Positions 57,728 to 64,000 of a stretch of 64,000 bases of DNA are shown in pieces. Origin of the DNA: Saccostrea cucullata. Its lineage: Eukaryota. The DNA lies in assembly GCF_032062105.1 (NCBI RefSeq), contig NW_026930161.1:372001-436000 (forward strand). The letters run 5' to 3'. Numbering within the stretch: the stretch's first letter is position 1; every line of letters begins with the position of its first letter. The translations under genes and the position numbers were made by a program. Below the pieces are notes generated by a model. The model was not told the DNA's origin. It did no database searches and worked only from the letters and a program-made list of their open reading frames with translations.

Positions 57728-60700
57728 AATTATGTGGTGTCTGCCGGAAAAAAAGACATGGCGATCGCCAGATAAAATATTTTTTCTTACCTGACACTTA
57801 CTTGCTTCCGTAATATTTAATAGGCAGAGCTAAAGAACGCTATTAAACATTTTATATTAAGACGCCAATGCTAATTTGCAGTCTTTAAAAAGGAGTAGGT
57901 CGTTATTCTAATCCCTTAATCCATTTATATGCGGTTAACGTTGAGAAATTTGTCAAAAGTGTGATATAGATCAAAACGAAATCTGTATCTTTATTGAAGG
58001 TAAATAGAATCACACCGTGTTTATTAATTTTATAGTGTATAAAAATGATTAAATATCGGATACATGGAGAGTTTGATTAAAGCAAAGTGTGAATTCTAAT
58101 TGACTTGACGGAGTCAAGTCAAATCCTAGGTAGAATATGTATGCATAAAAGATTATAATAATCTAAAAGCCTGCAGCGGGTGAAATGGCAGTTGAATACA
58201 TTTAATGTGATCAAATTGCTTACTCACTTTCAATTTTATAAAATATTTATCTAAACGATCTTTTGGTCTCCTTCATTTACGTCCGAAATCATTTTTTTAT
58301 TTTCAAATCACATCTTATCTTTTCCCACTAAGAAGTTTTCCTGGATAATTATTCAGGAAGTAAAATTTCAGCGAAAAATTATAAAAATAGTTTAAGAGTT
58401 CCGGAAGTTATTTGAAAGAATGCTATTAAATTGACATAATTCTACCAACGTCATGTAACCAAAACAGATGACAATTAGTCGATATGATCCTGTGTCATTT
58501 GATTCGATAGGATGAATTCACACAGATAATTCAAAAGAAAAGAATTGGGGGCATAAAGTTTGAGAAAAATACCCCCATCTTGTGCATCCGGGATCAGTGT
58601 CAAATGATTCTCTTTAAAGAAATTAAAATCTTCATCATTTAGGACATCAGCAATTTTTTTCCAATTATAATGAAAGCATTAGTTAAAATGAAAAAAGAAA
58701 CCTTAGAATCGTTTAAAAAGATTAAATGGGTACCCTATTAATGTTCATGTTCAATTTTTCGAAAATCTAGCTTTATTGCAGCTTTAATAGAACTTGAATT
58801 ATTTCCAGTCAATCTTCTTTTCAAAGAAAAATTATGCTGTCAGCATACTAGTCATAGGAAAATATGATACAAGGATATGCACTTTGAGAATGAGACAAAA
58901 AAGGAGAAAGAAACGAATGACTTGTTTATTTGTGTGGTAGAATTCCTGTGGCCCTTTTCACTTTCTCACGACTGAGATAAAAATTTGATCAATGTTTTTT
59001 TTTTAAATATTTTTTTCCTAATTTAATAACTAAAATGTAATCCGATGTTAAAGAAAAATAAAAATAGTCGTAATATTTTAATGAAATGGATCATTTCGTT
59101 TTTGCATGTATAACAGGAGTAATTTGAAACAATGAAATTGGTCATAACCGGTTATTATAGCAAAAAATATTGATAAATTGATGTTTATAACTTTATATAT
59201 TTTTTATAAACTAATATTGAATTAGATTTTTTACACCTGTTTCTTATCCTTTACTTATTCCGACCATCGGAGTCTTTTAGGTATATTTCTAACATCATAA
59301 CAAGGTGATAAAAAAAAAAATGAAATTTACTTTCTTCTTACACTGATATTCAACATTGTTATTTGAAGTATTAGAAGAATCTATATTTTGTAGCTATTTA
59401 TCTCTCCATGGGTTTGTTACATTCTGCATTATAATAGAAAAAGAAATGTTTCAAATTTAGTTTTACCCAAAAAGTCAATTTCTGCATTCTTATGCAAAGG
59501 GACATTGTATGGTAAATAGATATAGCGTGATTCCAGGCAATATATTTTTCATTACTACAATATCTTTAATTGCAGGTGCGCTCAGAGCAACAGCGAAACA
59601 TTAAGTTAATACTTCAAAAATCCCATTTGTATCGGCATGTTGCGTTTCTTATTTACATGAATACGAGATCATTCTTATTTCTTTGTCAGGTCTTGAATTG
59701 AGTCCAGCGTTAATGATTCTATGTTTTGCTTCGAACAATTAAGCTGAGAAAAATTATTGCAGGAATGAGTTTGCAATTTTGTTTGAGATCGTCTACAATT
59801 TCATTAGATTGTTGTTTTAAATGTCTTTTTGTATTTTAGATTTTTTAAAGGCCTGTCGTTCGTTGACTCTGTGTTATTACCATTACAAACATTACTACAC
59901 CTCTGAGGACACTACATCTTGTATTATATTCATTTTATCTGTCTCGTCTGTGTGGGTACAGTGTTGGAAGAGCTTATAATTTAAAAAAAAACATAGGAAT
60001 ATATTCTTTACTGAGAAAAAAATGTTATTCATCTATGAAGTTTGATTTAAAAAAAACTTTCAGGTTTCATGTACATGTAGTTTTCTACCTGACAGTTAAA
60101 GCTTCCATTTTCACTTTATAATTATTGTCTAAAAGAATATCTCAAAACTTTATTGAATGGGCTGAAGAAAGAACAAGTAATACCTGTTTTTATGAAGAAT
60201 AACCTACTGTTTACCAGCAAACAAGCTAAATAAGGAATAAAGAAAATGAAAGTTTATTTATGAAGCTTTGTCGTCTAAGTCAGTGAAAAGAGAGAAAGGT
60301 AAGAGGTCCAGGAAGTTTGTTCGTGCTACACTGAGCAATATTTAATTATCTTTTGCATATGTACATATTCCTGTGCAACTTTTAATTTTGATGGATCACG
60401 CGATATTCATTTTCAATTAAATCTGAAATAGGAAGTGACAATATTTTGTTATCTCCATGGAAACCAGCCTGTCGGCTGCAGCATGGCCCGTCTGCTGATG
60501 ATCATATTGATGAGAAATCAACACGCATGATCAAGATCATTGACAAGGGCGTTGTCGTAAACACTCGGGTGATAATGGTTTCTAGGTTTGTATTTTGAAA
60601 AAAAAAGTGAATAATAAAATAATATCCCCCGACAAAAAATGCGATGATCTCTTATTTACTTGTAGTTATAGTGAATTTGCTTTATTTCACAATTTTTTGT

Positions 60701-61653
60701 TCTCTTTGTGGGATGTTGTAAATAAAGTATAAATGCATATTACTTATTACAGAAATGTAATTCTAACTTTGTGAAAGTAAATGTGTTTTGCTTAAAAATA
60801 AACCCAACAAATTCATTTAATCTATTCAATTCTGTTCATTGTAAAACAGGACTAAGGATGTTTAAGGGGAACGAAAGCAATAAGGAAAAGGAAAACATAT
60901 TAAGCACTCATTTAGCGATAAATTACCTCACCAATTTAGCTTAAAAATATATACATGTAGTATTAGAATTCTTTCAGTGTGGCACTGGATTCGACCATTC
61001 TTCACTCTCAAGTAAAAATGTCATCCGGGCAGATTAATTAATCCTACGGCGGATCATTATTTTGCATAATAATTTTAACAATTTTAATGTCACGCCCAAG
61101 AACCGAACATACACCATAGAATAAAATTGAAATAAAATTTTAAATCTATCGTGTTAATAGTGGTCAGAGAAAGATCAGTGACCATGTTTCTAGACCACTG
61201 ATAGTAACTATGGTTGCTAGCCATTTTTCTGCCTTCGATTCCCAGGATTTGAATGGATCAAGAATGAGGCATGTTTCACAAAAGATAGGAACCTACGTAA
61301 ATCTCACAAACAAGATAAATAGAAGGCGTCCGTCATTAGAGTAAGGGAAATCAGGAAATTCAAAATTGAATACTTTACCCAGAGTATTACTGTACTCTAA
61401 TAACAAACACATGAGAAATAAAATATTGGTTAATTTAATCACCATATACTTTGGGCATAAAACAAACGGCGTTAAATACCGTTGGTTATGATAACAAAGC
61501 TTAGGAGGAATTAAAATTCCGACAGGGCGAAAAATAAAAGCGATTGCAGCAGAGTAATCAAAATATACTCAATAACTACAATTATATAATAATTTAAAAA
61601 TTCAGTTGTCAAAGTTAAAATGCATATCCACGTGATATGAAAAACGAAATGCA

Positions 61654-62976
61654 CTAAGCACATGTTTCCCTGGCAGCTAAAACAATCCGTTCAGCACGTT
61701 TAGCAACAGCTGGATCGAGGGGAGGCAACTTCATCACTCCAATTGATCTTCCGGTATTGCGCACTCCATTACCCATTGCGTTAAGTGGAATATCCTGTCG
61801 CCCGTGACTTCTTCTCGATGCTGGTCTCTGCTGAGATACACCATAGGGGTAAGGATTTGATTGAGATGCTTGAAGAGACGAAGGGGCAGGTTGAAAGCCA
61901 GCATTTTGTGCGGCCTGTAAAGGATTTGTGTCTATAGAGATAACTTTTTTTGAGGTCTTAGCCTGTTGTATTAGAGGTTTTTCAGACGTGGGCCTCACGT
62001 TGTTGTTATGAGTTTGTAGCATTCGCGCTTCTGTTCTTTGGCGGACTAGAAACACATTTTCAGAAGCAGGCCTCTTTGCCTTTGAGTGACGAAACTGCTG
62101 ACGACGATGGCGGAGACGAGTTGACGTTGTCGTGAATTCGTCTCTCGCCTCGTCACTTGAGTAGGTTTGTGCAGTTGAGATATCGTGTATAGTTTTTTGT
62201 CTCTCTAGTGTTTGAGGTATCACTTCGTTAGCTTGAGTGGTATCACAGAATCCCTTAATTCGAGATTTAGGTCTTGGATTGCCATTCCCAAAGTTTCCTG
62301 ATGATCTAGTGTGAGCATATTTGTCATAGTTAGTTTCATCAATAAGATCTCCGCGAGGAGATGTTGGTGGGGCCTGAATGTTGCAAGCAGTTTCTTGAAG
62401 TATGCTACTTCGATGAACATACCCCCTATTTCCGAGTCTCGAATGTGGTCGAGTTGATCGACAGCGTCTTTGGGCACTAGTGTCGACAAAATCGTCTTCT
62501 TTATTTTCATCTGTCGAATCTTCACTAACATTTGTTCTACGACGAACATAGCTAGATTTTGGACGGTTTATTCTTGTGTTTGGTCTTTCCTCCATTGCAA
62601 TATCTTCTTCGTCAGAACTATAATTAGAGTTTCCTATTTGTTCAGTGTCGTTATAAAATCCCATAGAAGTTTTCGATCTTGCACCTCTTTGTTTATGGAG
62701 GGCAAATCGAGCCACCAGTCTCTGTTCTGTTTCCTTAACAGAGCTGTCACTTAAACTATCGTCCGAGTCCTCACTGTTTAGATCACAGTCGTGAAATCTC
62801 AAATTCAGATCCTCTTGATCTTTTAACAGTCTAAGAATCTGATCTGCTTTTGACTGACAGTAAGTGTCGTTAATTCGAGATAAAAATTCGTCGACTTTGG
62901 AGTTTTTCTGAACAGGAGGTTTTGTCGAGTCGTTCTCTTCACTCTCGCTCCATAATGTATGGGTTGAATCGGCCAT
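61654..62976 (-). CDS. Uncharacterised 440-aa S/R/D/E-rich disordered protein, single coding exon
   Basis: 1323-nt uninterrupted ORF in otherwise very AT-rich DNA. Acceptor TTTTCTTTCTTCCAG (minus strand, AG at 62996-62995) lies just upstream of the ATG. Repeated RPx[S/T] motifs and C-terminal KLPPLD. Confidence 0.9.
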   Translation of the reverse strand: MADSTHTLWSESEENDSTKPPVQKNSKVDEFLSRINDTYCQSKADQILRLLKDQEDLNLRFHDCDLNSEDSDDSLSDSSVKETEQRLVARFALHKQRGARSKTSMGFYNDTEQIGNSNYSSDEEDIAMEERPNTRINRPKSSYVRRRTNVSEDSTDENKEDDFVDTSAQRRCRSTRPHSRLGNRGYVHRSSILQETACNIQAPPTSPRGDLIDETNYDKYAHTRSSGNFGNGNPRPKSRIKGFCDTTQANEVIPQTLERQKTIHDISTAQTYSSDEARDEFTTTSTRLRHRRQQFRHSKAKRPASENVFLVRQRTEARMLQTHNNNVRPTSEKPLIQQAKTSKKVISIDTNPLQAAQNAGFQPAPSSLQASQSNPYPYGVSQQRPASRRSHGRQDIPLNAMGNGVRNTGRSIGVMKLPPLDPAVAKRAERIVLAARETCA

Positions 62977-64000
62977 TATTCACATGATTTGGTTCTGGAA
63001 GAAAGAAAACTTTTGTATATTACGTCATCCTGGTCGGTTTTTTACACTCAAAACAATGAAGAACAGACAATTGGTTCCTATCCTAACAAAAGTCTGGACT
63101 TTTTTGTGGTCTCCATAAAGAAAACGAAAATTATTACTTCTAGCACATGTGTTCTCTAGAAAACAAAGAACTCATTCGAAGGTACTAATTTAGTAAAGGA
63201 TCACCAAGTGATTTAAATTCTATCCTGTAAGAAAAATGTATTGTCTTCTGCCAAAGATTTGGAAATATTAGTGCGGCGAATAAAAAAAGTTAAAACCCTC
63301 TTGGTGGATTTTCTTTTCGAAATAATGGAAGCTTTTTCAACCCATTCGAAGGTTTTTAAATAGGGATAATTCTTTTTGTTAATTATTTTCATTTCAAAAT
63401 GTAAAACTTTCTACTATGTTGGGTTTTAAAAATCAAAATTCCTCCATAATCATACATTATGTTATGTCTTATATCACAAATTGTACTTTTACCTGCATTT
63501 ACTTAGAAACTCTGATCACCGACCAAATAATAAGTGATAATAATATAATAAAATTTAAAAAAAAAGAAATGAAATTTACTTACTTCTTACACTGATATTC
63601 CACATTGTTATTTGAAGTCAACATTTATTAATTATTTTTACTAGGTTCTCCATTATCCAAATAAGTCCCTGCTCAACTTTACAGTTTAGTATTTAAGGTG
63701 AAGTGTAATCTGTAGATTTAACAAAATTTACAGGATCTTCTCGTGTATGCAGGATCAAGTATAAACATGGCTTTGTAAGAGAAATAATGTGTTGTCATGG
63801 GTGGTAAGCCTAGAATAGATTATCGATCTCGTATCAGGCACGCATATTAAAGTTCGAACTTTATCAAGAAAAGGGGCCTCATTATTTAGCGCTTTTTAAA
63901 TTTTTAGGCTTTGTTTACATTTTATTAGTAAATCAATTAATAAGGCTTCTGTACTGGTTCTGAGAATGGATTTTTTATAATAGTTCTTATTATTTTTTTT

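Overview
AT-rich eukaryotic genomic DNA with GT-AG introns. It is most likely a bivalve (oyster family), inferred from the repeat families I recognise: Deu/Nin-domain tRNA-SINEs, Helentron-type elements carrying ~170-bp satellite, and Penelope-like RT relics. The left half (~2.5-31 kb) is a tandem segmental duplication. Each unit holds a secreted fibrinogen-related (FReD/FBG) lectin-like gene and an intronless 120-aa basic ORF, followed by a decayed copy of FReD exon 1. FReD copy 2 is complete (5 exons, 376 aa). Copy 1 lacks exon 1 in the window. The 120-aa ORF is present three times, and the third copy looks like a chimera of the other two. The most unusual feature is an in-frame 33-bp tandem repeat that duplicates the exon-3 splice donor in both FReD genes (4 and 7 units). 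It creates a ladder of alternative 5' splice sites, each adding [11 protein letters not shown]. The right half holds two single-exon, disordered ORFs (210 aa on +, 440 aa on -) among many MITEs, SINEs and satellites. Several insertions are supported by empty sites in the paralogous copy. All alignments were done by eye; no database search was run.
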